Positions 45,807 to 59,833 of a stretch of 64,000 bases of DNA are shown in pieces. Both the position numbers and the translations under genes were made by a program. Origin of the DNA: Blastocystis sp. Blastoise (taxonomy: Eukaryota > Protista > Bigyra: Opalinata). The notes below the pieces were generated by a model. The model saw only the letters and a list, made by a program, of their open reading frames with translations. It ran no database searches and was not told the DNA's origin. The stretch is taken from contig JBBPEB010000033.1 in assembly GCA_039096225.1 (NCBI GenBank), positions 310,001-374,000 of the forward strand, given 5' to 3'. Within the stretch, counting starts at the first letter, position 1. The number at the start of each line of letters is the position of its first letter.

Positions 45807-46609
45807 TCTAAAGATATAGCTCTCTTAATCCCTATAGATAACATATCGTAAGTACTCCTGTCCTGCTCAAAATATATATATATCATATACGGTTAAATCG
45901 AAATAGCTCGAGAATGAACGCTAGAAATGAAATTTAATAAATGTATGAAAAAATAGCTGAGCTTATTTGATTTATAATAATGTTGGGGAAGTTGTGTTTT
46001 CCTGAGAGAAGAGTAGAATTCCCATGAAAACATAATTCTGCCTAATTAATGAGTCTTCAACTTCAGTAAAGAGTATTGCAATTCTTATTGGATGAACGAA
46101 TATGCAAAAAATTGAACCACAAAAACAGAAGAAAAAGAATGAATAAAAATGTTCTTTTTTATTCTGTTAAAATATGGAATTAACCTTGGAAAAAAGCGTC
46201 TGTACATTTTTTTTTTTTCCTTTTTTGTCAAAAAAAGCAACCAACTATTGATATCTGTGTCATATCATTCCCTTTTTAAGATGCTCCTATACATTGACCG
46301 AGATTGATGAAACGAATTATTTTGTTTGCTTTCTTCTAAAGAGAACTAATTCGAATTGAAATTTTTTTTTTAGCATTTTCAATGTTTCTAGTCATTGATT
46401 TGAGTTTCCTAAGAATTATCAACAAGTTTATTTGCATACGAGAAAAATGTAAATGAAAAACAAAAAAAAAACGTAAGAAAATGTTTTTTTTTGTATTGTA
46501 TAAAAACCAAAAAAAGAAAAACAAATAAACAAATACACAAAGAAAAACAAATAAACACAAAATATATAAGAAATCACAACTTTTTTATAAAATCAAAACT
46601 CTATCGAGT

Positions 46610-48208
46610 TTAAGGTTCATAAATGCCTTGAGGAAGATCAAATACAGAAGTTTGCATTTCAGAAATAGACTTCTTTCTAGCAATATGAATATATTTAGAG
46701 CCATGATTTCTAGTAACTTTTTGACCTTCTTGAGTAGAATTAACAATAGCTTCTGCACATGGATCATTTGCCTATTATATAGATAATAAATATTAAAGAA
46801 TAATGAATTACTTTTAAAATGAATGATAAAAAAAAAATTTATAAAAAATAATTATAAAATATTGAATAATAAATATACATATTCTTCGGGTTGTAAATAA
46901 GTAAAGGATGGATGTGATTGAAGATGATGTTGATGCCATTCACCAAGTTCTTTAACATCTGTAATAGTATATAACATACCACCATCTTTTAAGAAATATG
47001 AATATTCTGTTAGTAAAGATTGACTATATATTTTGTTTTATATATAGTATAAAAAATAATAATGTTATATATATTATAAAAAATAATAATGTTATATGTA
47101 TATTATAAAAAATATGTTATTTATATTATAAAAAATAATAATGTTATATATAGATTATAAAACATATGTTATATATTATAAAAATACTAATGTTATATAT
47201 ATATATACCTAACAATACGTCGACGATGATTTTTTTCTTTAAATTGAGGATCAGGAAAACATATAAATATTTTATCTACTTATATATATATATAGTTTAT
47301 ATATATATATATATATTATATATATGTAACTTATATATCAATAAATTAAATTTTAATGAAAAAATAAAAATTCAAATATATATATAATAATAATAATAAT
47401 TTTATCTACTTGTCCTTTTCCAATATAGTTCATAAGATACTTCATAGTATTTGTTCTTAATACAGATATATTTTGATATTCACCTGGATATTCTTCACGT
47501 AAATGCTGAATTGTTAAATGAACATATTCAACCACTTTCAGACGAATTTCAAGACCTAAACATAAATGATCGGGAAGAATCTTTGATAAAGCAACTATAT
47601 ATAGTAGTAATTACTTATATTATATATATAAGAATATATATAAGAATAATTATATATAAAAATAATTATATATATAAAAATAATTATATATATAAAAATA
47701 ATTATATAAATATAATAATAATAATAATAATAACAAATATATATAAGAATAACAAATATATATATAATAACTATATATATACCTGTTAAACCGCCATATC
47801 CACATCCAATATCAAGAACACTTACTTTACTATATATATATATAATTATCAATAAAATATAGAGAAATTCTCTATATACTGTAGTTCATTTTCTTTTTCT
47901 AATTCTTCATCATTACCTAAATATATATACATTATATAATAATAAAAAAATAAATGAAAACAAAGCAAAATCATACCTCCTTTAAAGAATTTGGGGTAAT
48001 AAGGACTCCAATCCATCTTTGAAGGACATTCAGGGTATTCAAATGAATCATTATGAGAAAGAGGATTGCAGTGAGCTCTTTGTCTGAAGAATCTCTTCAA
48101 AGGTCTGAAAGTAAGTTTCTCAGATTCACCATTTTGTTCTTCCATTGGTTTCTCATCGGCCATTTCTTGAGTTTCCTTTATTTCTTCTTTATTTACAACT
48201 TCACTCAT
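46610..48208 (-). CDS. TRM8: tRNA m7G46 methyltransferase Trm8/METTL1 (7 exons)
   Basis: [38 protein letters not shown]...RRIV, YTITDV, TQEGQKV. Confidence 0.95.
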
Positions 48209-48503
48209 AATGATTTATTTATTCAAAATAAGACTAGAAACTATGCTTACGCTGAATAAAAAGTCAAACTATAAAAAAACATCACTTTTTGAATAAAAAA
48301 CCAACGGCGAAATAATAGGAATAATCATTGTTTTTCATAAATTTGTAGGTATAAAAAATAATCGCTTTTTTCATCGGCTCATTCAGTACATGAAAAAATG
48401 ATTTTTGCTAAAATCTATTTCCTAAGAATCTCAACCATTATCAATAAAAACTAAGTATATACATCTTAATTGAGAGTCACCTAATTATATATAATCTATA
48501 GAA

Positions 48504-49894
48504 ATGAGTGATTTATCAAAATTAGAGGAATTAGCTAAAGACGCTTTAAAGAATACAAAGAATGCCGTTGTATCTACTTATGGTAAGGTCATGAGAAAGA
48601 TTAACGGTAACGACAGAAAGTACTTTAACTCAAATAAGAAAGGTGAAATTATTGAATGGAAAAACGGTTTACATAGTCTTGATAAAAACGAAGTAAAGAA
48701 TGCAGTCAAGAGTGTCATTGCTGCTATGACTATTGGTACTGATGTATCTTCTCTTTTCCCTGATGTTTTATCTTGTATGTCTTCCGAAAGTCTCGAAATC
48801 AAGAAACTTGTCTATTTATATTTAATTAATTATGCTAAAGATAAACCTGAATTATCTATTCTTGCTGTCAATACCTTTGTACGTGATACCGAACATGAAA
48901 GCCCTCTTATCAGAGCTCTTGCCTTACGTACTATGAGTTGTATTCGTGTTAAAGATATGATTGAATATCTTGTTATTGTCTTAGGTCGTTGCATCGATGA
49001 TAAAGTATGATGTGATGTGAATTTTTTTCAGTTATTATTTTTATTATTTTATTTATTTATTTATTATTTTATTTATTATTTTATTTGTTAATTTGTTTAT
49101 TTATTTATTATTTTATTTATTTATTTATTTATTTATTTATTTTTTTATTTATTTTTTTATTTATTTGTTTATTTATTGTTTTATTTATTTTTTTATTTTA
49201 TTGATTTATTTATTTATTTATTTATTATTTTATTATTATTTTATTTTTTTATTTATTATTTTATTATTATATTTTATTATTATATTATATTATTATATTT
49301 TATTATTATATTAATTTATATATTCTCTAGGATCCTTATGTTCGTAAGACTGCTGCTATATGTGTTGCTAAGTTCTATGATATGGACCCTGAACGAGCTG
49401 AAGATGAAAACTTTATTGAACGTCTTCGTAAAATGATCGGTGATACTTCCCCTATGGTATAATTACTATTATTATTTCTATATATTTATTATTTCTATAT
49501 ATTTATTATTTCTATATATTTATTATTTTATACATTTTAAGATAAGATTTAATGTATATTATATAATAATAAATAATATGAATTGTTATGTATTCTATAT
49601 ATTATTATACTTATTATTCTTATAGGTTGTTGCAAATGCTGTTGCTGCATTGAGTGAAATCAAAGAAACGTACGGCGAAGATCGCGATCCTTTACGTTTA
49701 AAGCCTAAACTTGTAATAAAGTTATTAGCTGCATTAAATGAATGTTCAGAATGGGGTCAAGTTTATATTCTTGATTGTCTAGCTACTTATATACCTCAAG
49801 ATGAAGATGAAGCTGAAAATATTGTCGAGAAAACATTACCTAGACTTCAACATGTGAATGCTGCTGTTATTCTAGGGTATATATATTATTATTA

Positions 49895-49989
<95 letters not shown>

Positions 49990-50462
49990 TTTTTTTTAAA
50001 TAATGTCTATACTATTCTGATTATATCTATATATAACTATCTATATATAGTGCTGTTAAAGTTATTTTACTTAACGTTGAAGATATTTCTGAAGAACTTG
50101 CGAAAACAGCTCTTAATAAGATGGCACGTGCTCTTGTAACGTTAGCTACTGACGAATGTCCTGAATTAAGATACGTCGCTCTTCGTAATCTTCGTCTTAT
50201 CGTACAAAAGGTCCCTAATCTACTTAGTAAAAATATTCAAGTATATATATATATTTTTTTTTTAATTATTAATAATTTTATTTTATTTAATTTTTTCTTT
50301 ATTATTATTATTAGTTTCTTTTTTATTTATGATATATATAGGTATTCTTCTGTAAATATAATGATCCTTTATATGTAAAAATGGAAAAGATTGAATTACT
50401 GATTTCATTAGCTACCCCTCGATTCGTTGAACGTATTCTAGCAGAACTCAAAGAGTATATAG

Positions 50463-50526
<64 letters not shown>

Positions 50527-51043
50527 TCATGTAATATATATATATATTATATATTCTATCAATAGATATGCTACGGAGGCTGATATTGAGTTTGTGCGTA
50601 CTTCTGTTCGTGCTATAGGTCGATGTGCCATTAAAGTTGAAAGCAGTTGCGATCGATGTGTAAATGTCCTTCTCTATCTTCTTCAATCTAAAGTATATAG
50701 TTATTATTATATTTATTTTATTTATGTTCATTATTATTATATTTATTTTCATTATTTTATTATATTTATCTTCATTATATTTATATATATTATATATGTA
50801 TATATAGGTTAATTATGTAGTTCAAGAGTCTATATCTGTAATGAAAGATATATTCCGTAAATATCCTAATAAATATGAAAGTGTCATTGCTCCTATGTGT
50901 AATGCTCTCGAATCATTGGATGAACCAAATGCAAAATCCTCTATGATCTGGATTCTTGGTGAATATGTTGATATTATTGATAATGTTGCAGATATATTAG
51001 ATAATATGATTGATAACTTCCATGAAGAAACTCCTCAAGTATA

Positions 51044-51098
<55 letters not shown>

Positions 51099-51792
51099 AA
51101 CATATCTATAACAATACTATTTAGGTTCAAGAACAATTAATAACCGCGATTATCAAGCTGTTCTTAAAGCGTCCTAATGAGGCTGAATCCCTCGTTTCTA
51201 GTGTCCTCACTATGGCTACTGAAGAATGTACAAATCCTGATATACGTGATAAAGCTTATATCTATTGGAGATTATTATCTACATATCCTGATGTTGCTAA
51301 GAAAATGGTCTTTTGTGAACTTCCTGCTGTTAATTTCAGATTTGAAGAAGTATATATATATATATACAATTTATTCTAATTTAAGTTTTTTTTTTATTAT
51401 TAGATAATTCTAAATATATATATATATAGATTATTGATGATGATACCCTTCAAGAATTATTAGAAGAAATTGGTTCTGTCGCTTCTGTATATCATAAGCC
51501 CGCGTCTACTTTTATTACCGCCAAGCGTGGTCCCCCTCCAACTGATATATCTAAATTAGAAGCTCAAGAGGAATCTATTGATATATTAAATAGTGATGAA
51601 GAAGAAGATGATGATGATGATTTAGATATTGATATGGAAGAACAACCCAAGAAATCCAAGAAACCTACCCAACAAAGTACTGTAGAAGAAGAAGAAGAAG
51701 AAGAAGAAGAGGAGGATGATGATATATTTGAAGTTCAAACACCCAAAAAATCAAAGGCACGTGATGATATTGATGATTTATTAGGATTCTAA
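48504..51792 (+). CDS. AP1B1: AP-1/AP-2 beta-adaptin: trunk plus acidic tail, no appendage domain (9 exons)
   Basis: [87 protein letters not shown]1B1 versus AP2B1 cannot be distinguished. Confidence 0.93.
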
Positions 51793-52272
51793 ACATATAT
51801 ATATATTATCCTCATTTTTATAATGTTATAAATTATTTTCTTATTCATGTATTCTTTTTATTAGCATGTATATTTGTATATTCTTATTGTATATAATTCC
51901 TTAAGACTTGTTCAATAGGTTTTTATATATAGTTCTATTCACATAAATTAGTGATAAATATCGCTTTTTTAATAAATAGAACTAGTTTTCATTTTCTTTA
52001 CTATTCTTATTTATTGGAAATATATATTATTATTAGTCATCTATGATAATGATTCATATATTATAGAAATTGTTTTGTTTTGTTTTATTTTTTTAATTTT
52101 TTATTATTTTTATATATATTTTTTTGTTTATTATCTATTTGATGTTATAAATAGTGTAATTGAGATAGGTATATATATATTATAGAGTATCTAATTAGGA
52201 ATAAACAATTCATGTAAACATTTATATATTTTTACACATATACATAAAACAAGTGATTATAATGAATTCTAA

Positions 52273-52971
52273 TTATTCTGCTTTATTTGCAAGACAATAA
52301 GCATTTTTCATTGTTTGATGGCAACATTGATAACTAGATATAGTAGAATATATTTATATAATTTTAAATAAAAAATATATATAATTATAGTCATTAGATG
52401 AAAATTCTATCGATTGATGAGATATAATGATGTATAGTTATGAATAATATATATATATAACTATATATATATATATACCCCCATTTCTTATCTGTAGTTG
52501 AATACCATGATCCGTAAATGGCGGTATGATTTCCCGGGAATACATCTTCCTCATATTTAGATTTAGGAATTAACTATATATATAGTTAATCATTATTATT
52601 CAGAAGATAGAAGAATAATAATAAAAGGTGAATAATAAATAATAATAAAATAAAATCTATATAAATAATGAATAAAATTTATTTATATAATTAATATAGC
52701 TATATGACTATATATATATATATATATACAGTAGGTAGTCCTTTAATAACACGTCCATTTTGATCGTACTCCTGATAGCTCTCGGATTGTCCGAGTAACA
52801 AGTCGTCATCATCATAATTCGTTGGCGCCACAGCATTATAGCGGGAAAGAATCTTTTTAGTTTGCTCTTCTTTTAATTGCTTCGAACGCTCTTCGTACTG
52901 TTTCTGAAGAAGAGCTAGAATGATATAGATATATAGATATATATAGAAAGATATAGAAATATAGATATATA

Positions 52972-53010
<39 letters not shown>

Positions 53011-54941
53011 AAATAGTAAATATATACATTTCTATCAATAATAAAAAAGATAAATATAATTATATGGATACCTGTAGCAGTAGGATCAGCAGTCATATTG
53101 ATGTTTTCCCCGCGGGTATGGGCTTCCCAAGCAAAGATCTATATACATATATATATAATTATTAAAACCAGTCCAATAAGAGTGTGTAAGCATAGATATA
53201 TATCTATTATTTTTGAATTAGAAAAAAGTGAAAATAAATAAGAAAACAAATAATAATATAATACTTTATATATATATATACTTGTGTCTTTGCGAATTCT
53301 TTGACGTCTCCCGTGGATCTCAAATAATTTTCACCCATAAAATTGATTTCATCAGGTTTTTTATTGGTTCCTTCAAAGGGATTCGCACGCATAGCACGTG
53401 ATTTGGGATCTATTAATATATAATTTAGAAATAGTGTTTAAAAAAATTAGAATAAGATGATAATATATTTATTTGAAATAGAAATAATAAATATTTATAT
53501 AGTTTAATATATATATATATTATATATTATATAATATTATATATATCATAATAAGCTGAGTCTGGATCTAGATTCAGTAGATATTTAGCTGTGTCTTCTC
53601 GAACACGTAAACTCTGAGAGGTGGCGTTAAGAGGATCCCCAGTAAGAGCCAATAGTTTGTTGGCCGTTGACTCTGGAAGAACACTATTCAAATAATATTT
53701 ATATATATAATATTATATATATTATATATATATATATATAGAAAGACTAGAATGATATGAGTATATAAATACTATACACTATAATGATTATAATATAATA
53801 TATATTCTATAATAAATATAATAATAAGAGTATACGTTCCATTTTCATATTGTTTATCGACCATGGAGTCTCTCTTAGCAGGTTGTTTCGTGAGGTCGCT
53901 GGAGAACCGCTTCTGATCGTCATCGGGCTCCGTCATAAACTGATTATCTAAATCTTCTATCTATATATATATATAAGATAATAATAATCATAGAATATAT
54001 ATATAGATAAAATATATATATATATAAAAGATAATAATAATCATAGATATAATATAGATAAAATATATATATATATATAAAAGATAATAATAATCATAGA
54101 TATAATATAGATAAAATATATATAAAAGATAATAATAATCATAGAATATATATATAGATAATATATATATATAGAAGATAATAATAATCATAGAATAATA
54201 TATAGATAAAAAATATTATATATATACCTTTCTTTTCTTTCTTTCTAAATCAGCTGTTTGAAGTGTTTTCGCAAAGTCATCTACAATCTCATTCGTATCT
54301 GCACTATATATATCAACATATATATAACTAATATAAAAAATACACAATATAAAAAAAACCTATAAACATATCAATAATAATATATCAAAGTCAATCGATT
54401 CATATATATATATATATATACCCATTCCATCGATCTCTTTTACCATCATAATCATAATCAATTTCTTTCTGAATTACCTCATCAGGCATAATGTCCTCAT
54501 TGGTCAACCATGCACCTCGCTTACGTTTAGGATAAAAGCAATCCTTTTCCGTATGTGTCATTGAACCACAATTCTTGCAAGCACCCTTTCTATATTTTTT
54601 TGCAACACCTAGAAATTTTCCTCTTTCATAACTTGCTTTTGTATCAGCATGTGTTTTCTCCGTATAACGTTGATGCTTCAAACCTTCATTCTATATAAAA
54701 TAATCATTAATAAAAAATGAATGCATAATAACGACAAAATAAGAATTCTAAGATATTCTATTCTATATACTTCATCTTGATGTAAATACCAAGGAGCTTT
54801 TGCCATATATTCAGGCATATGAGGGTTAATCATATTACCTTCTTTATCGACAGCAGGCGCAAGTGTACCTGCCTTACGAGCTTCCTCAATTTCCTTTTGT
54901 TTCTTACGAAGATCTCTTGCAGTTACACCAGAACTTGACAT
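52273..54941 (-). CDS. SLU7: Second-step splicing factor Slu7 (9 exons)
   Basis: [15 protein letters not shown], zinc knuckle [65 protein letters not shown]. Confidence 0.95.
53970..54210. repeat. Intronic minisatellite, unit of about 45-55 bp, about 5 copies
   Basis: AAGATAATAATAATCATAGA...TAGATAAAATATATAT repeated in a SLU7 intron. Confidence 0.8.
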
Positions 54942-55282
54942 GACTCTATAGAATTAGAATATCAATAAGAATCAATAAGAATCACAAAACTATTTATATC
55001 TCTGATACAAATAACTTTTTGAAAAATATCGAATTTTTCGTTTTTTATTTTTATATTTTTTTCTGCCACTTTCTTTCATCTCTTTATTCTGAATTGTAAA
55101 AATCATTTATATATTTATTTTGTCAACACATATACATACTCTTTCATAAAAACTTATTTAATTATTATTTCCAAAAATAAAAACGGAAAATGTCAATCAA
55201 AAAACAACACAAAAAAATTATATACATCAAAGAAGAACATATAGGTAGTGAATACTTAGAGTAATGAAAATAAAAAATGTTT

Positions 55283-55831
55283 TTAATTGTTTTGAGAATA
55301 CTTGTATCTGCATTTAGGACATTCGTAGAAGACAGTTGAACCTTCATCAGCACTTCTTAATTGTAATGTATAGAACATCATTTGAGAATGACCACAACGA
55401 GGACATTCTTCATCAACCTATAAATTTATATAAATTTATGTTTATTATATCTTTAAATTGAAATTAAATATAGTTTAAGATCATTTCAAATATTCAGAAA
55501 AAAAATAATAAGGATATAAACTATATATACAAAAGCATTATTAGATTTCTCCTTCTTCTTTTTATCTTCTTCTAACCAAGCCTATACATAATAAATAAAT
55601 AGAAATTTTAATAAGTAAATATTAATTTAAACATACAAGAGGAGCTTTAGGTTTACTGTGAGAGACAATAATTGTATTATGTAAGTCTTCAAATGTGCAC
55701 TTAAACTTACAAACACCACAAGCAATTTCTCCAGATTCAGGAAGTTCAAGAATTGTACCACATACAGGACAGAAATCGACATTAAGTCTAGATTCCCTAG
55801 TTTCATTGAAGTGAGTAATGAATTTTGACAT
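55283..55831 (-). CDS. RPA12: RNA polymerase I subunit RPA12 (3 exons)
   Basis: Two zinc ribbons: FCPVCGTIL...CGVC and CPRCG...QLRSADEGSTVFYECPKC. Confidence 0.93.
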
Positions 55832-56124
55832 TTATTTTATATTGATGAAGAAATACGCAATACAAATATCAAAAGAACAAAACCATAAAGAAAACAGTTG
55901 CTTTCTTTTTCCATGGTAATCCTTTTCTTGTGCAGTGATATATATGTTTTTTCCATGAAAGTATTCTATTTGAGCATAAAAATATGGTTCTTTTGTGACT
56001 TACCCTATAGAGTTATCTTGCCCTATAGAAGACAATAATAATAAAGAAGAAAAACTTCTTTATAGAGGGTACTTTTTTTATAATTTTTTAAAAATATTAT
56101 TTATATTCTTTTTAGTATCTTCTA

Positions 56125-58848
56125 ATGAGTAATCAGACACCTAGAAGTATTTTTGAAAAGGCAATCAAAGAGTTACCTCCAGTGACTCCAGATGAAATGC
56201 CTCCACCAAAACCTAGATACTCATTCTTAACACCATCCTCAACAAAATCAGATAGTTTCTTTCAAACTCCAAAGGATGTACTTTCTCTGTCCGATGCAAC
56301 GATTGGAGATATATCTTCTTTCTCACCATTTGTTCCTTCTGTTGAATTAAAACAGTATCAGAATGTTGCAGAAGCTCAGCGTCGTATAGACGAGCTCAGA
56401 CGTCTTCAGAAAGAAGAAGAAGAACGATTACTTCATTCTCCAGAAGCACCTAATTTAAATCGTATGTATGATTCTCCTCGTCTTCCTGATGTATCTACAT
56501 ATGTACAGAGACCATCATTACCTCCAGAGCCTCCAGTATCTCCTCCTCCAGCATTTAATCCTCATCCTCAACCTCCATTAATTGAGTTTACTGAACGTCA
56601 TCAAGAATTCACAAATACATCTATTGAAAATGATTCTCTTTTGAATCCAAAAGCAGAAACAAATACGAGAAAGACTGTTTTTTCAAATTCTTTATTAAAT
56701 AGTCCTAACAATGCTTCTGATTTACATATAAATGATCTGAATGAAATGGATTCTTATTCGGATACTATTGAAAGAGTTATTGTTCGTTATGATGATTCAC
56801 AAGATGGTATTGATAAGGATAATAATAAAGATAAAGATATAAAGAATCAGTCATTTCCACTTCTTTCAGTTTCTCAACGATCACTTCCTAATTCTTTATC
56901 TACTTCTACTCTACCTTATATATCTTCACCATCCTTAGACTATCAACCTCCTTCTTCAAGTCCTTCTTTCAATTCTATTCCTCCTTATCCACCTAATGAT
57001 TTATCTATTGAAAATAATATTAAAAATAATATTGTTGAATCTAATGAAAAATCTAATGAGAAATCTAATGAAAAATTAATTGAAAAATCTAATGAAAAAT
57101 CTAATGAAAAATTAATTGAACAATCAATTGAACAATCTAATGAGAATCATTCCTTTATACCTGGAACTCCTGGAACATCACAAAATATTCAAAATGAAAA
57201 AGATATTATAAACAATTCTTTATTGAATATAGAAAGAAATAAAAATACTAATAATAATACTAATAATAATACTAATAATAATAATACTAATAATAGTTCT
57301 CTTCTAGGATTTACATCGCATCTAGGTCTTAGTTCATTAAAAGATGAATCTCTTTCTCCTTCTGTATCTATATTAAAACAATCTCCATCTAATTCTAATT
57401 CTATACATCCTCTCTCTTCACCTTCTTCTTCACAATCTATAAATCAATCGATAAATAGTCTTTCTCAACCACTGAAAACATCTGAAATAACTAGTCAGCC
57501 AACAAAAGCACCTGTTTTTCCCTTCTCACCTATTGAAAAAGGTACTACTATTCCTCTTGTAAAGAAAGAAGAATTACAAATTACTATAGATAAGAACACC
57601 TTGACTATAAGTGAGAATGAAAATATATCTCCAGAATCCAATGAATTATTATCTTTCGGAAATACTATTCCATTAGAAGAATCAACTCTTCGAAATCCTA
57701 TTTCTGATGGTATAGTGAACGAAGGCCTATTAAAAGAAGATCAAGAAGAAGAAAAAGATAATAATCATGGGAATTCTCTTCTAATTAATGAAGGAAATGA
57801 AAGTATAGGTGAACAATCCTTATTACAAAAAGAAATTAATCAACAGAATTCTATCCATAAAGATATTGATATTGATATAGATGAACAAGATCAAGAAGAA
57901 AAGCACGTGATTGAAGGGGAACACAATCAAGTTAGTGAAGGTCATTTATCATCTATGTCTTTGTCTGACCAATCAAATCATTCTAATTTTTCGTATCCCT
58001 CTATGTCTTCAATATCTGTGGATGATAAAGGAACACAAACATCAAAAGAAATGAAAGAAGAAATCGAGTTAAATAAACAAAAAGAAAAGTTATTGGAAAA
58101 GAAGAAAAAAGAGGAGAATGAATTAGTCACATTTAAACAGTTTTTAGCGCAACGAATTCGAAATCAGAAATCAGATATAATAGGAGATCAGGAAAATAAG
58201 AAGAAGAATCAAGACATTGGTGATAAGCCATCTCTTCCTCATACGTTTTCCAAACAACTATATGTATCTTTCTCCTCGAAACGTGTAGCAAAAGGATGTA
58301 ATAATGTTATTAATGAAGTCACACAACAATTCTTTGATGTATCTATAATTATTATTATTATTACATTATATTTATTATTATATTTATTATATTTATTATT
58401 ATATTTATTATTATATTTATTATTATATTTATTATTATTATGTTTATTATTATTCATATTTTAATCATTTTAATTATTCATTTATTTATGACATACACTA
58501 TACATAAAATATATATACAATGTTTATAGATGATAGGAAATGATTTGAGAGTGTTTGCTGAGCATGGTCATCGAAGAACCATTGATGTCTCTGATGTTCA
58601 AATACTATTAAAAAGGTATATATAGTTTTATTTTTTTTTTTTACTATTTTAGTAAACATTATTATAGATTTATAACAAGATTATATATATTTATAACATT
58701 ATAATATATATTCTATTAATTCTCTAATTCTAGACAACGATTAATTGATAAAGACACACAATATGAAGATTTAGTTCGCACATATATGCCTAAAGAACAA
58801 ATTGAAGAACTTATTCCTATTCCAAAAGGAAAAACACAAAAGAAATAA
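56125..58848 (+). CDS. CENPT: Centromere protein T: long disordered N-terminus plus C-terminal histone fold (3 exons)
   Basis: Spliced C-terminus ...[38 protein letters not shown]...LVRTYMPKEQIEELIP matches the CENP-T histone fold and extension; N-terminal TPRSIFEKAI. Confidence 0.82.
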
Positions 58849-59833
58849 CGTTTCTTTTTTTTTTAATTATTATATATATATATATATATATATAATTGTT
58901 ATCTATTTCCTTAAACTTGATATTTTTTTCTTCTTTTACTTTATCAATATTTTCCTTTTCTTCTTTTTTATCGACTTAATAGCATTTGCTTTTTATCTAA
59001 CATCACTTTTTTAATTCTCTCTTTGAACTCAGTTCTTGCAATTCTATTTTTTTCTCTTCTCTTTTTTTCTGTGTCGCTTCTAAAAGTATTCACATATAAA
59101 AGTCTTTTTTGTTTGTCAATATTGTACCCTTTTTCAATTATTAATATATCAAATTGGATTCTCAATACATTTTATCATCACATAAAAGTATATATTGCAT
59201 TATAGACTAGAGAAACCATCAATAATATTTTTTAAAAACGAACAAAAATATGGAAAATATTTGTGTTTCTATTTACCAATAAATATATTCTTGAGATTAT
59301 GTTTCTCAAGATGATACTTACGATATTTAATGATTTGAAGATTCAAAAACACATACAATTATTTTTCAAAGTGTTATAAATTGCACCTGTTGATCTCTAT
59401 TACTTAATTTACGACATCCCTTACATATATGAATATAATATATAAACATTGAACAAAAGAAAACTGAACAATTAAGAAAAGAAACAATCAGTAAGATTCA
59501 TAATGAATCAATTGCGTTTTTGTAAAAGAGTTCTCTGTTTTCTTCTCCACCTACAAATTCGATAACCGTCATTATTCTCAACTCCTACGATTCTACACAA
59601 ACAAAACCGCGATTATCGGTAAAAGGCCTCTAGAATCTTCTAAGGGTTATGAACATGTTTGAAGATTCCTTTTCTATGCCAGAAAAAAATGTAACAATAA
59701 AACGACGGATTTTTATTTTGTTGAATAAATAATAAATAATTTATTCAAGTGAGTTATTTTCGCCAAAATACTATACTAAATCCCTTGTTTATACGTAATT
59801 CTTTCTTTTTAAATTTAAACCAGACTTTACATA

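Noticed and set aside
43045-54210. Repeat arrays superficially like CRISPR
   Set aside because: Eukaryotic intronic minisatellites without unique spacers or cas genes.
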